Shown piece by piece: positions 39,660-51,799 of a DNA stretch of 64,000 nt (within the stretch, counting starts at the first letter, position 1; every line of letters starts with the position of its first letter). A model generated the notes under the pieces. It had not been told where the DNA came from. It searched no databases and saw nothing but the letters and a program-made list of their open reading frames with translations. The stretch is from Thermococcus sp. JdFR-02 (lineage in GTDB: Archaea; Methanobacteriota_B; Thermococci; Thermococcales; Thermococcaceae). The stretch spans positions 71,396 to 135,395 of the forward strand of contig MTLP01000009.1 of NCBI GenBank assembly GCA_002009975.1, read 5' to 3'. Both the position numbers and the translations under genes were made by a program.

Positions 39660-40541
39660 TTAGAGCCCTAACTCTTTCAACAGCTCCTTTATCTTTTCTT
39701 CAACTTCTCTTCCATCCATTATGTAGGGAGGTCTCAATACGGGCTTTATTGAAAAACCCCTAATCTTCATCGCTATTTTTATTGCAGAACCAAAGGATGA
39801 AGCTAAGCTGTATATCTTAGACAACTTTGCAAGCTTTTGAGCATAGCTTATAGCATCTTCAAATTTCTTGTTTTCAAAGGCTTTGAACAAAGCTAAGTGA
39901 ATTTCTGGAGCAAAGTTTGCACACGCCATTATTCCACCATTCCCACCCAAAATCAGGGTGTTTAGAAAATGCTGGTCTAAACCAGTGAAAACCATGAAAT
40001 CTTCCCTTTCGCATTTAACTTCAAAGATTACATCTCTAACATGGTTTATACTGTCTATTGTTTCCTTAATCCCAGCTATATTGTCGTATTCCGAAGCCAA
40101 GCGCTTTATAAGTGGAACGCTTAAAGGATTAGCACACATCGGTATGTTGTAAAGAATTATAGGAATGTCTGTTTTTTCTGCGATCATGGAGTAGTGTTTA
40201 AAGAGTGCCTCATCGTTTAATGGACAATAATAGGGAGGGGCAATCACAACATAATCAGCACCGATGTCTTCGGCATGCTTTGTTAGTTCTATAACTTCAA
40301 AGGTATTTGTTGAAGCAGTTCCCACTAAGTAAAAAGTTGAGTTAACAAGTTCTCTTCCCTTTTCAGCTAAAAGTTTCATTTCTTCTTTGTTTAAACTCGT
40401 AAATTCTCCAGTTGTTGCATTTATAAAAATGCCGTGTACTCCGATTCTCTGTAAATAGCTCACATGATCTTCAAGTGCTTGAAAATCTATGGAATAGTCT
40501 TCATTAAATGGAGTCACCAATGGAACTATCACTCCTTTCAT
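39660..40541 (-). CDS. Dihydrodipicolinate synthase family aldolase
   Basis: PLVTPF, ATTGEF, PPYY, LYNIP, GIKET. Confidence 0.88.
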   Translation of the reverse strand: MKGVIVPLVTPFNEDYSIDFQALEDHVSYLQRIGVHGIFINATTGEFTSLNKEEMKLLAEKGRELVNSTFYLVGTASTNTFEVIELTKHAEDIGADYVVIAPPYYCPLNDEALFKHYSMIAEKTDIPIILYNIPMCANPLSVPLIKRLASEYDNIAGIKETIDSINHVRDVIFEVKCEREDFMVFTGLDQHFLNTLILGGNGGIMACANFAPEIHLALFKAFENKKFEDAISYAQKLAKLSKIYSLASSFGSAIKIAMKIRGFSIKPVLRPPYIMDGREVEEKIKELLKELGL

Positions 40542-40657
40542 AAAACCACCGTTGTTTGTTGTTTTTTGTGGTATTTTAGTTTTTTCACGTTAATTGTGTA
40601 CCTTATCCTTTAGTAAAATTTATATACGTCAAAATAATAACAATTACAGGTGAGAGT

Positions 40658-41080
40658 ATGAGGAAAATCCTTGGTATCTCTTTCTCTCTCATAGGGATGC
40701 TATATTTGCTTTTTCTTCTAACTGTGTATCCAAGTTTAGTAGGTAGCTACGGTGCTTATGAACAAATGAGCCTTACAAAAGAGAATGAATTTACAGATGC
40801 TCTATACCTCAATGGAGACATTTCTTTTAAGTTAACTTCTCAAAAGCAGTTCATACTTAAGATTGATGGAGTGGAAGTTGGCACTTTCACTTCCTATTCT
40901 GGTCGCTTAAAGGGAGAACATCTAATTGAGGTTGAAAGCAAAGAGGAATCTATCGTTTATGCAGAGCTTAAACAACATCCAGATGCAAAAAGTTATCTCT
41001 TATCTTTTGGGTTTATAATACTTGGCTCAGCAATTCTGTTGAGAGAAAAGAAAGGACGAAAAGTCAATGAGAGTCTTTGA
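40658..41080 (+). CDS. Hypothetical membrane protein (two terminal TM helices)
   Basis: RBS GGTGA, hydrophobic N- and C-termini. Confidence 0.7.
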   Translation: MRKILGISFSLIGMLYLLFLLTVYPSLVGSYGAYEQMSLTKENEFTDALYLNGDISFKLTSQKQFILKIDGVEVGTFTSYSGRLKGEHLIEVESKEESIVYAELKQHPDAKSYLLSFGFIILGSAILLREKKGRKVNESL

Positions 41081-42371
41081 CTTTTTCTTTCTTCAAGCTT
41101 TGTTCTTTAGGGCGGGATACAATGTTTGAAAATTCGGCCATTGAGCAGGAAAGTGATACCATTTTAAAGTCTAAAACTCATACCATACTTTGAGATGAAG
41201 CGTTCGGTAACGGTCAAACTCCAGCCCTCGAAAGAGCAGGAGAAAAACCTCTTCGAGTTAGCCCAAGCAACGGCAATAATCTGGAATAAAATTAACTACG
41301 AGAGGCTCAAACAGTTCAAAGAATTCGGCAAAATAGACTTTAATGGAACGGAAAAGGAAGCTTATCACGCCTTCAAAAACTGGGTTGGAGGCTCAACTGT
41401 TCAACAATTAGCCAGAAAAAACGCTGAAGCGTGGAGGAGCTTCTTCGCCCTCAGCAGGAAGAAAAAGTCTAAGGAACTTCCTGAATGGTTCAAACCAAAA
41501 CCACCGAAATTCATCAGAGAGAAAAACGGGAGAAAACTGTTCATCATTTCCCTCAGGAATGACCAGTACAGGATTAAGGGCAACGTTCTTGAACTGAGAA
41601 GACTCGGAAAGTTCGGGAAGTTGGAAATTCAATTCAAAGGAAGAATACACTTGAGAGGCAAGCAAGGGCGGTTAGAAATAACTTACGATGAGGTAAAGCG
41701 TAAATGGTATGCTCACATCAGCTTTACAGTGGAGGAGAAGCTTGACGGCAGGAAGTTAGTTAAACTTCCAAGGAAACCAAAGGGTGACCTTTCAGCGGGA
41801 ATAGACTTGGGGGTAAACAACCTTATGGCCGTTTACGTGGAAAATGGGGAAAGCTTTCTCGTGAACGGGAGGCCTTTGAAATCAATAGCCTTCTACTGGC
41901 AGAAAAGGATTGGGGAGTATCAGTCGAGGCTGAATAAATCTGGAGCTAAAACGAGCAGGAAGCTCAAGATAATGCACGAGAGGGCAAAACTACAGGCGAA
42001 ACATTACATCAATACTGTTGTGAGACAGGCGGTTATGAGACTTTACGAGCTTGGAGTTTCCAGAATCGTCGTCGGCTATCCTAAGGGTATTAGCAGAAAC
42101 TCCGATAAGGGGAGAAAGCAGAATTACCTACTCTCCCACGTCTGGCGGTTTAATTATGTTATCAAACGTTTGACTGAAGTTGCTGAGGAGTATGGTATTG
42201 AAGTTGTCGTGGTTGATGAGGCTTTTACTTCTCAGTCTTGTCCCCTCTGTGGCCAACGCCATTCTAATGGTAGAATTTCTCGTGGTTTGTTTGAGTGCCA
42301 CGGGGAGGGTGTTGTCATGAATGCTGACTTGGTTGGTGCCTTTAACATCTTGAAAAAGGCTGTAAAAACGA

Positions 42372-44493
<2,122 letters not shown>

Positions 44494-44581
44494 TTAAGTT
44501 TTTGCTCTAAGTGACATTTATAAAGACTCTTCCTTAACCTTTAAAAACTTCCTAATATAGATTTTTGTTCAGTGGGGGAAA

Positions 44582-44869
44582 ATGATTAGGGTTGGAGAAC
44601 ACAAAGCAAAGAAGGGGTTAATAAGGTTTGAGATTGAAGAAGAGAACAGAATCGCAAAGAGCGTTAAGATTAGTGGTGATTTCTTTATCTATCCAGAGGA
44701 AACTATAAGTGAATTAGAAAAAGCTTTGGAAGGTAAGAAACTCGATGAACTGGAAAATGCAATCGATGAATTCTTTGCTCTGAGGCTTGATGTTGAAATG
44801 CCCTATATCAATGTGGAAGACTTTAAAATTGCTCTCAAAAATGCTTTGAGGGAAGAAGATGAGAAGTAG
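44582..44869 (+). CDS. Stand-alone lipoate-protein ligase C-terminal domain
   Basis: KAKKGLIR...VKISGDFFIYPEE.I.ELEKALEG. Confidence 0.82.
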   Translation: MIRVGEHKAKKGLIRFEIEEENRIAKSVKISGDFFIYPEETISELEKALEGKKLDELENAIDEFFALRLDVEMPYINVEDFKIALKNALREEDEK

Positions 44870-45416
44870 GCTTTTTCTCGCTTTACTTGGAGTCTTTTTA
44901 ATAGGTGTTGCTGTGGGAATTATATTTACGCTTGTAAATCCTCAATTTGCAGAGAACTTATTTACCAATTTGAAGCAGGTGTTTGGACAAAAATTTGGAA
45001 CCGGCACATTCAACAGCTTTAAAATGTTTTGGATAATCTTCTTGAATAACTCAAGGGTTGCAGTATTAGCGGCTTTTGGAGGGATTTTATTTGGTATAGT
45101 TCCTATCGGAATACTCTTTTTTAATGGCTTTATAGTTGGCATTGTAGTTGAGTACCACTACCTCCAAGGACTGTCCATATCAAAGATCATCCTCTCAATA
45201 GTGCCTCATGGAATAGTTGAGATACCCGCTTTTGCCCTCGCTTCCCTTGGTGGGATTGAGTGGTATATGGAGATCATTAAAGGAGAAGGAAGTATAGGAG
45301 AGCGCTTTAAAGCAGGCTTCAAAAAAGCTATGAGAATGCTTGCATTTTCACTTGTTCTTCTATTAATAGCCGCTTTCATAGAAGCATTTATAACTCCAAA
45401 ATTAGCAGGGATTTAG
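44859..45416 (+). CDS. SpoIIM-family membrane protein
   Basis: IFLNN, NGFIVG, PHGIVEIPA, AAFIEAFITP. Confidence 0.85.
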   Translation: MRSRLFLALLGVFLIGVAVGIIFTLVNPQFAENLFTNLKQVFGQKFGTGTFNSFKMFWIIFLNNSRVAVLAAFGGILFGIVPIGILFFNGFIVGIVVEYHYLQGLSISKIILSIVPHGIVEIPAFALASLGGIEWYMEIIKGEGSIGERFKAGFKKAMRMLAFSLVLLLIAAFIEAFITPKLAGI

Positions 45417-45424
45417 AAAATAAA

Positions 45425-46522
45425 TTAAAGTTCTTGAGGTTGTTGGAGTGGAATGAAAGTCCCAAGCTCCTCGTAAGTTTCAATTTCTTTTAATATTACA
45501 TCAATTGGGTTCTCTAGTCCAGCAATCGTGTGCCTTATGAAAGATCTGAAGCTACCGTTTTTCTTTAAGAATTCTTCGCTTTTCTTTGCTATCTCTATTG
45601 GATTTGTTGAATGGAACTTTACACCAAGCTTGATTAGCCATTTGGTTATTGCCAAAAGCTTTCCAGGGTAAGTTGATATCGTTGGGGTTCCTAAGGCGAT
45701 TGCTTCTCTATTCATAGTTCCTCCAGCGCCTATCATAAGTTTTGCATAATACAGTAAGCTTAAGCTATCCATAATATGCCCCGGAATTATGACATTCTTA
45801 AATTTTTCAAATCTTTTTCCTTGCTCTTCTGTTCTTGGGAATAGAACTATTGGGATTTCTGGTAAAAGAGGAATAACTCCTTCTAAAATGCTTTTTTCGG
45901 CGTCTCCATTGAAATAATTCGCTTTTATTGGTTCAGTTCTCATAACTATGTAACTGTATGGTTCTAGTCCGAGCTCTCTTAGTGGCTGTTTATCTGGTTT
46001 GAACCCATAAAGATGTGCCAATTCGGGAAAACCATTTATTGGATGTAGAGAATTTGCATCGGCACCACATTTTATCAGATCATAGGCGTCAATAGCCTTT
46101 GGATATACTAAACGCTTTGTGTAAGGGAGCATAAGTTTGTTTACTGCCGTCGCAGTATCGTTATCTGCAAATCCAATTGTTGGAATTGCTAATCCAAAAG
46201 CCACTCTTGGAGCTTCTGGGGAATTCTTATAGAGCGCTAAGTCTGGTTTTTCTTCAATTATCAATTTTGCTAGCTTGTGCTGTCTCTCAACACTTGCTAA
46301 CAACTTTCCTTCTAAAGTTGACCCCCCATGCTTTCCAACAACGTAGTAACTAATACCAAGCATGTCAAGAATATCGGTTAATCCATCAAACTCTCTGGTG
46401 GTGATTAAAAGTTCATAACCTCTCTTCTCAAGTTCCCTGATTATACCTTTGAAGAAGTGAGCGTGAGGAGCATTCACAATATCAATCCATATTTTCATCC
46501 TCTCACCTATTATAGTGGGCAA
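45425..46522 (-). CDS. DUF354 family (GT-B-like) protein; probable start 46498
   Basis: MKIWIDIVNAPHAHFF, VGKHG, GAGGTMNREA..LGTP. Confidence 0.82.
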   Translation of the reverse strand: MPTIIGERMKIWIDIVNAPHAHFFKGIIRELEKRGYELLITTREFDGLTDILDMLGISYYVVGKHGGSTLEGKLLASVERQHKLAKLIIEEKPDLALYKNSPEAPRVAFGLAIPTIGFADNDTATAVNKLMLPYTKRLVYPKAIDAYDLIKCGADANSLHPINGFPELAHLYGFKPDKQPLRELGLEPYSYIVMRTEPIKANYFNGDAEKSILEGVIPLLPEIPIVLFPRTEEQGKRFEKFKNVIIPGHIMDSLSLLYYAKLMIGAGGTMNREAIALGTPTISTYPGKLLAITKWLIKLGVKFHSTNPIEIAKKSEEFLKKNGSFRSFIRHTIAGLENPIDVILKEIETYEELGTFIPLQQPQEL

Positions 46523-46792
46523 CTTTGTTCATTAAAAGGGTTTCTGCAAAACCGTTTTGGCGGGTTATTTTTTAAGGTTTTAAACAATTGCTTTCAATGT
46601 AAAAAAGTTTATCACCTTTTCAAGCGCTGAATGAAGAGAGAGAACGGTATTATACTTATGCTCCTCCGCACTAACATCGTTAATTAAATCTCAAAATCAA
46701 AATTTCATGAAAATCATCTTTAAATTACGTTCGAAATCGTTACTTGGAAAAGGCTTAAATTTTGATATTCCCTCTTTAATTCAGGTGAGAGA

Positions 46793-48079
46793 ATGGAAAA
46801 GAAAATAGAAAATAGGGAAGCTGAGATTGCTATTATTGGTTTGGGATACATAGGTCTTCCAACGGCTATCATGTTTGCAAACTCAGGTTTCGATGTTATT
46901 GGGTATGAAATTAGAAAGGAGGTTGTTGAGAAAATTAATTCTGGAAATTCTCACATAATAGAGCCGGAGATTGAAGATTTATTAAAAAAGGCAGTTAGAG
47001 AGGGTAAGCTTAAGGCTACTTTAGACCCTGATGATATTAAAGATAAAGATGTCTACATCATCTGTGTTCAAACCCCCCTCAAAAATGACAAAACTCCAGA
47101 TTTAAGTTATTTAGAAAGTGCAGCTAAAACTGTTGCTAATGCAATGAAAAAAGGATCTCTAATTATTATAGAAAGCACTGTTCCTCCAATGACGACCGTT
47201 AATATTGCAAAGCTTATTGAGGGAATTAGGGGATTGAAGGCTGGTGAAGATTTTTACATTGCTCACTGTCCTGAGAGGGTGATGCCTGGGAGAATTTTTA
47301 AGGAATTAGTATATAACTCACGTATAATTGGAGGAATCAATGAAAAAAGTGCAAGATTGGCTGAAAAATTATATAGGACCTTCGTAAAAGGTCAAATCTT
47401 TATAACGAACTCCACAACGAGTGAAATGGTAAAGCTAATGGAAAATACTTTTAGAGATGTTAACATTGCTTTGGCGAATGAGTTCGCTTTTTTAGCTCAC
47501 CAATATGGAGTGGATATCTTTAAGGCAATTGAGTTAGCCAATACCCATCCAAGGGTTAGAATCCATACACCGGGGATTGGTGTTGGTGGTCATTGTTTGC
47601 CAAAGGATCCATATTTATTACTAAGTTCAGCGAAAGAAGACTTTGGATTGATTAGGAAAGCAAGAGAAATTAATGAGGATGTGCATTTGATGGCAAAGGA
47701 TTTGCTGGTTCAAGCATTTAAGATCATTAACTTGCCTCTTGAAGAAGCAGTTGTGGTTATTTTAGGCTTAGCATATAAAGGGAACTCAGACGATACAAGA
47801 AATTCACCGGCTTATGCTTTCATTGAGGCAATACAAGATGACGTTAAAGAGGTTAGAACGTATGATCCCTATGTTAAGGGTACCCATGAAAGCTTACAAG
47901 AGGCATTAAATGGAGCAGATGCAGTGGTGATTGCAACCGATCATGATGACTTCAAAACTTTAAACTGGGAAGAACTTGGAAAACTCATGAGGAATAAGAT
48001 CATAATTGACGGTAAACACGTAATAACAGAACCTCCTAAAGGGTTTATTTTTAAAGGAATTGGGAGGGGCGAATATTGA
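46793..48079 (+). CDS. wecC: UDP-N-acetyl-D-mannosamine dehydrogenase
   Basis: GLGYIGLP, CPERVMPG, KLMENTFRDVNIA, GVGGHCLPKDP. Confidence 0.88.
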   Translation: MEKKIENREAEIAIIGLGYIGLPTAIMFANSGFDVIGYEIRKEVVEKINSGNSHIIEPEIEDLLKKAVREGKLKATLDPDDIKDKDVYIICVQTPLKNDKTPDLSYLESAAKTVANAMKKGSLIIIESTVPPMTTVNIAKLIEGIRGLKAGEDFYIAHCPERVMPGRIFKELVYNSRIIGGINEKSARLAEKLYRTFVKGQIFITNSTTSEMVKLMENTFRDVNIALANEFAFLAHQYGVDIFKAIELANTHPRVRIHTPGIGVGGHCLPKDPYLLLSSAKEDFGLIRKAREINEDVHLMAKDLLVQAFKIINLPLEEAVVVILGLAYKGNSDDTRNSPAYAFIEAIQDDVKEVRTYDPYVKGTHESLQEALNGADAVVIATDHDDFKTLNWEELGKLMRNKIIIDGKHVITEPPKGFIFKGIGRGEY

Positions 48080-49209
48080 AACCAGCTTTTGTGTTTGGGA
48101 CGAGGCCGGAAATAATTAAACTTTCTCCTGTTATTAGAGCTTTTGAAAGAAAAGGAATTAAGCCTTTGCTAATTCACACAGGACAACACTATGATTATGA
48201 GATGAGCAAAATATTCTTGGAAGAGCTTGATTTAAATGGAATTGACTATCATCTTGAAGTTGGTTCTGGAACTCAAGCTCAACAAACTGGTATTGCCATG
48301 ATGAAAATCGAGGAAGTTTTGATAAAAGAAAAGCCTGATGTTGTTTTAGTCCAAGGTGATACAAATACGGTATTAGCTGGTGCTTTAGCGAGTGTAAAGT
48401 TAAAAATTCCCGTTGCTCACGTTGAAGCTGGCTTAAGGAGTTTTGATAGAACAATGCCTGAAGAAATAAATAGAATTTTAGCTGATCATGCAAGTGAGGT
48501 TTTATTTGCTCCAACAGAGGAGGCTAGGCAAAACCTTGAGAATGAGGGGATTAGAGAAGGTGTCTATGTAGTTGGCAATACAATTGTTGATGCCGTTCTG
48601 CAGAATTCCGAGATTGCTGAAAGGAAAAGCAAGATTTTAGGACACTTTAATTTAAAGCCAAAGCTTTATGCTGTTTTAACTGCCCATAGAGCTGAGAACA
48701 CTGATAATGAAGAAAATCTAAGAAAGCTCGTAGACATTATTAAGTCTCTTCCTATTAAAGTTGTTTATCCTGTCCATCCAAGAACTGAGAAAAAGTTAAA
48801 ATCGCTGAACCTTTGGAAAGAGCTTGAAAAAAGTGAAAACATTATTTTGAGCAAACCCTTGGGATATTTGGATTTTCTTAAGCTGCTCAAGAACTCAAAG
48901 CTTGTGCTAACAGATTCTGGGGGAATACAAGAGGAAAGTATAATTTTGGGGATTCCTTGTTTAACTTTGAGATACAACACTGAAAGACCAGAAACTGTGA
49001 AGGCAGGAGGAAACATTTTGGTTGGGCTTGAAAAGGAGAGAGTGCTTTACTATGTAAACAATCTCTTAAATGATGATAGATTCTATCAAAAGATGGCAAA
49101 TGCAGAGAATCCCTTTGGAGATGGAAGAAGCGGAGAAAGGATTGTAAACATTTTGATTGAGCTTTATAAAAGAGGCGAATTAAAGGTTAGGAGTTCAAGA
49201 TTTATATAA
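48076..49209 (+). CDS. wecB: UDP-N-acetylglucosamine 2-epimerase (non-hydrolysing)
   Basis: GTRPEIIK, TGQH, QGDT, HVEAGLRS, DSGGIQEE, TERPE. Confidence 0.93.
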   Translation: MKPAFVFGTRPEIIKLSPVIRAFERKGIKPLLIHTGQHYDYEMSKIFLEELDLNGIDYHLEVGSGTQAQQTGIAMMKIEEVLIKEKPDVVLVQGDTNTVLAGALASVKLKIPVAHVEAGLRSFDRTMPEEINRILADHASEVLFAPTEEARQNLENEGIREGVYVVGNTIVDAVLQNSEIAERKSKILGHFNLKPKLYAVLTAHRAENTDNEENLRKLVDIIKSLPIKVVYPVHPRTEKKLKSLNLWKELEKSENIILSKPLGYLDFLKLLKNSKLVLTDSGGIQEESIILGIPCLTLRYNTERPETVKAGGNILVGLEKERVLYYVNNLLNDDRFYQKMANAENPFGDGRSGERIVNILIELYKRGELKVRSSRFI

Positions 49210-49821
49210 GTATCTCCTGTTTATTCTTTCCACTTCTCTCGCAATATTCCTTGCGACTGAAGAAGCTAATAAACCAAGATGTCCTTTATAACTCATTATC
49301 CCCTTTGCTGAGCTGCTGATGCTAATTATGCCTGCGCTCATGGTTTGATTCCTCAAGTATTTTCGTCCATCAAAAGTTGTGGCTGCTTTAGTTATATTGC
49401 TCGCGTTTTGGATCTCAAAGAAGTGCGTGGTATCTCCAATAGTTGAGTGAATGAAAAGTATCTCTATTTCAGCCTTGGAATAAATCGGTGTATATTTAAT
49501 ATCTTTCTTGAGAACTTTCACGGCTAAAAACTGTCCATCATACTTTTCTTTCACTTGGAATACAAATGTTGCTTCATAACCTCTTCTTTTGAACTCTCTG
49601 AGCAGTTCATCTTTTAAAATATTGTTGAAGTTATCATTTCCATCCAGATAAATGTAAATTTTTCCCTGAATCACAGTTACATTACCTAAAGAAGCTGATC
49701 CTACTCTTCCAATGCTTTGAACATCAGATTTCACAAGGATAAAGTTAAGAAAAGCGAAGGATAAGCTAATCCCGATAATCATAATCGAGAGAATTAATCT
49801 CTTTGACATCCAGAACACCAA
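49195..49821 (-). CDS. Hypothetical membrane-anchored protein
   Basis: 208-aa ORF with N-terminal TM helix and upstream TATA. Confidence 0.68.
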   Translation of the reverse strand: MVFWMSKRLILSIMIIGISLSFAFLNFILVKSDVQSIGRVGSASLGNVTVIQGKIYIYLDGNDNFNNILKDELLREFKRRGYEATFVFQVKEKYDGQFLAVKVLKKDIKYTPIYSKAEIEILFIHSTIGDTTHFFEIQNASNITKAATTFDGRKYLRNQTMSAGIISISSSAKGIMSYKGHLGLLASSVARNIAREVERINRRYLYKS

Positions 49822-49864
49822 ATTACTATGGTAAATTAAGATATTTAAACTTTTTGCAGTAGTT

Positions 49865-51127
49865 TTATCTAACAGGCGTTGCTACATAAATCCCATGCCT
49901 TGTTCTGACTATTTTTACCTTTATTTCATCTCCAACTTTTGCATCTGTGTTTATTATCTCAATTAACCTATTCCTTGCAACTCCAAGCATCTCTCCCTTT
50001 ACTCTTCCAGGGAGAGCTATTCTTACTTTTACAACCTCTCCAAGCTTAAAAGCCAATGGTATAAACTTACGCTTATGCATTCCAAAGTGTTCTGGTTTTA
50101 AAACTAAAGGCTTCATTCCAGTTTTTTCTTCTAATTTCCTCAACCAATCATAGAATTGCTTAAATGGGACTGGCTTTGCTATTGAAGGGTTTCTTCCAAA
50201 TTTGTATGGAACATAATTTTGGAACCCTAAAGCGGGCCATCTCTTTCCAGCGCCTATTTTTCTTGCAAATTCTATAAATGCTTCTGCTTCGTCATCATTT
50301 ATCCCAAAAATAATAACAGGAGCAAACAACACGTCAATTCCTGCGTTTATTAAAGCTTCTGTCATCTCTAAGACATGCTCTAAATCATAGTTCTTCATCC
50401 CCATTAACATTTTAGCCTTCTCTGGGTCTAAGGAATGAATTGAGAGATTTATCCTGTCTAAACCAGCTTCAGCTAATTCTTCAACCAACTTATCGTTTAA
50501 CAAAGTTCCATTGGTCTGCATTGAGATTATACTAACCTCTGGGGTTTTCTTTAACTCTTGAACAAGCTCAACAATAAATGGATAGAGCAAAGGTTCGCCT
50601 TGCCCATCCAAATGGGCTTCAATACCCTTTCCTTTAAAATTTACAACTTCTCTAAACCATTTCATGAGATAATCCACGTCAACAACGTAATCTAAAAGCC
50701 TTGTTCTTGAGTAGGGTCCTTCATCAACAGAGCAGAAGATGCAAGAAACGTTACAACCACTTGCTCCTCTAACTTGAATTAAATTTGTTCCTCTGTCAAT
50801 TAACCCGAAAACGTTGTACCCTAACAAAGGTATCTCCATACCCTCATGGATGTAGATAACCTTTCTCCTTGTGTATCGGTTTCTTAAAAATGCTCCCAAG
50901 TTGTTTGAGATAAAAAATGCTACAAATTTCTCTATTTCAGGATAGTCGCTATCTATTGTCAGATATCCATTCTCCGCTCTAACCTTAGCTTCAATCCTAA
51001 ATTTTCTTTTTATAACTCTCTCAATGAGCCTCTTTTCAAAGTCTGCATAAAGCGTACTCCTCCAAATTAACCTTATATCCTCACCCAAGTCTTCAAAATA
51101 CGAATTGGGAAGTTGCACTCTCAACAT
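49865..51127 (-). CDS. Radical SAM protein with C-terminal TRAM domain
   Basis: GCNVSCIFCSVD; C-terminal VGDEIKVKIVRT; ATG 51127 preferred to 51196. Confidence 0.88.
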   Translation of the reverse strand: MLRVQLPNSYFEDLGEDIRLIWRSTLYADFEKRLIERVIKRKFRIEAKVRAENGYLTIDSDYPEIEKFVAFFISNNLGAFLRNRYTRRKVIYIHEGMEIPLLGYNVFGLIDRGTNLIQVRGASGCNVSCIFCSVDEGPYSRTRLLDYVVDVDYLMKWFREVVNFKGKGIEAHLDGQGEPLLYPFIVELVQELKKTPEVSIISMQTNGTLLNDKLVEELAEAGLDRINLSIHSLDPEKAKMLMGMKNYDLEHVLEMTEALINAGIDVLFAPVIIFGINDDEAEAFIEFARKIGAGKRWPALGFQNYVPYKFGRNPSIAKPVPFKQFYDWLRKLEEKTGMKPLVLKPEHFGMHKRKFIPLAFKLGEVVKVRIALPGRVKGEMLGVARNRLIEIINTDAKVGDEIKVKIVRTRHGIYVATPVR

Positions 51128-51213
51128 GTTTGGCACTTTAAATAAAAAGTTTATAAAGTTACTTACATCATTATCAAATAGAGTGCATGCAGTCATGGAA
51201 ACATTTTAATACC

Positions 51214-51228
51214 ACTGTATCATACAGT
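51214..51228. promoter_or_regulatory. Perfect 7-1-7 palindrome, candidate operator
   Basis: ACTGTAT-C-ATACAGT just downstream of TTTTAATA. Confidence 0.5.
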
Positions 51229-51262
51229 CTAATGCTGAACTAATCTGCTCAAGGTGGTATCC

Positions 51263-51763
51263 ATGTGGGGTAGAATTGAGCATTACTTTGATGAATATCC
51301 TGTTAGAAAGCAAATAGCAAAAGTTTTACTCAAGTACGGGCTTAAGGTCTCGGATGACATGAAGGTCAAGTGCGGAGATATCGAAGTGCCATACACAAAA
51401 ATAGCGAAGGCATTGGATGTAGATAGAAGAGTCGTGAAAGAGACCGTTGCCATGATTTTAAAGATCCCTGAGCTTAGAGAGATCTACACAAACTTAGAAC
51501 CAACAGTGCATATGAAATTTGTTGGAAGGCATGTTGGATATGGCGTGATTGAAATTGAGCCGGAGCCAAGGACTATTGGCATTTTAGCTAAAATTGCAAC
51601 CAAAATTGCCGATAGAAACATTAACATCGTTCAGGTTGTGGCTGAGGATCCAGAACTTTACCCAGAAGCTACTTTGACAATAATCACCGAGAAACCCATT
51701 CCCGGAGATTTAATTAACGAGCTTTCAAAGCTTGAAGGTGTTAAGAGAATCTCAATTTATTAG
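51263..51763 (+). CDS. HTH + ACT domain regulator of amino-acid metabolism
   Basis: KIAKALDVDRRVVKET; GILAKIA..IADRNINIVQ ACT motif. Confidence 0.85.
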   Translation: MWGRIEHYFDEYPVRKQIAKVLLKYGLKVSDDMKVKCGDIEVPYTKIAKALDVDRRVVKETVAMILKIPELREIYTNLEPTVHMKFVGRHVGYGVIEIEPEPRTIGILAKIATKIADRNINIVQVVAEDPELYPEATLTIITEKPIPGDLINELSKLEGVKRISIY

Positions 51764-51799
51764 CCCTAACTTTTTAAGCTGCTTTTCTTATTTTCTTTC

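Noticed and set aside
46625-46680. CTGA-ATGAAGA, resembling part of a C/D sRNA
   Set aside because: No correctly spaced upstream C box or downstream D box
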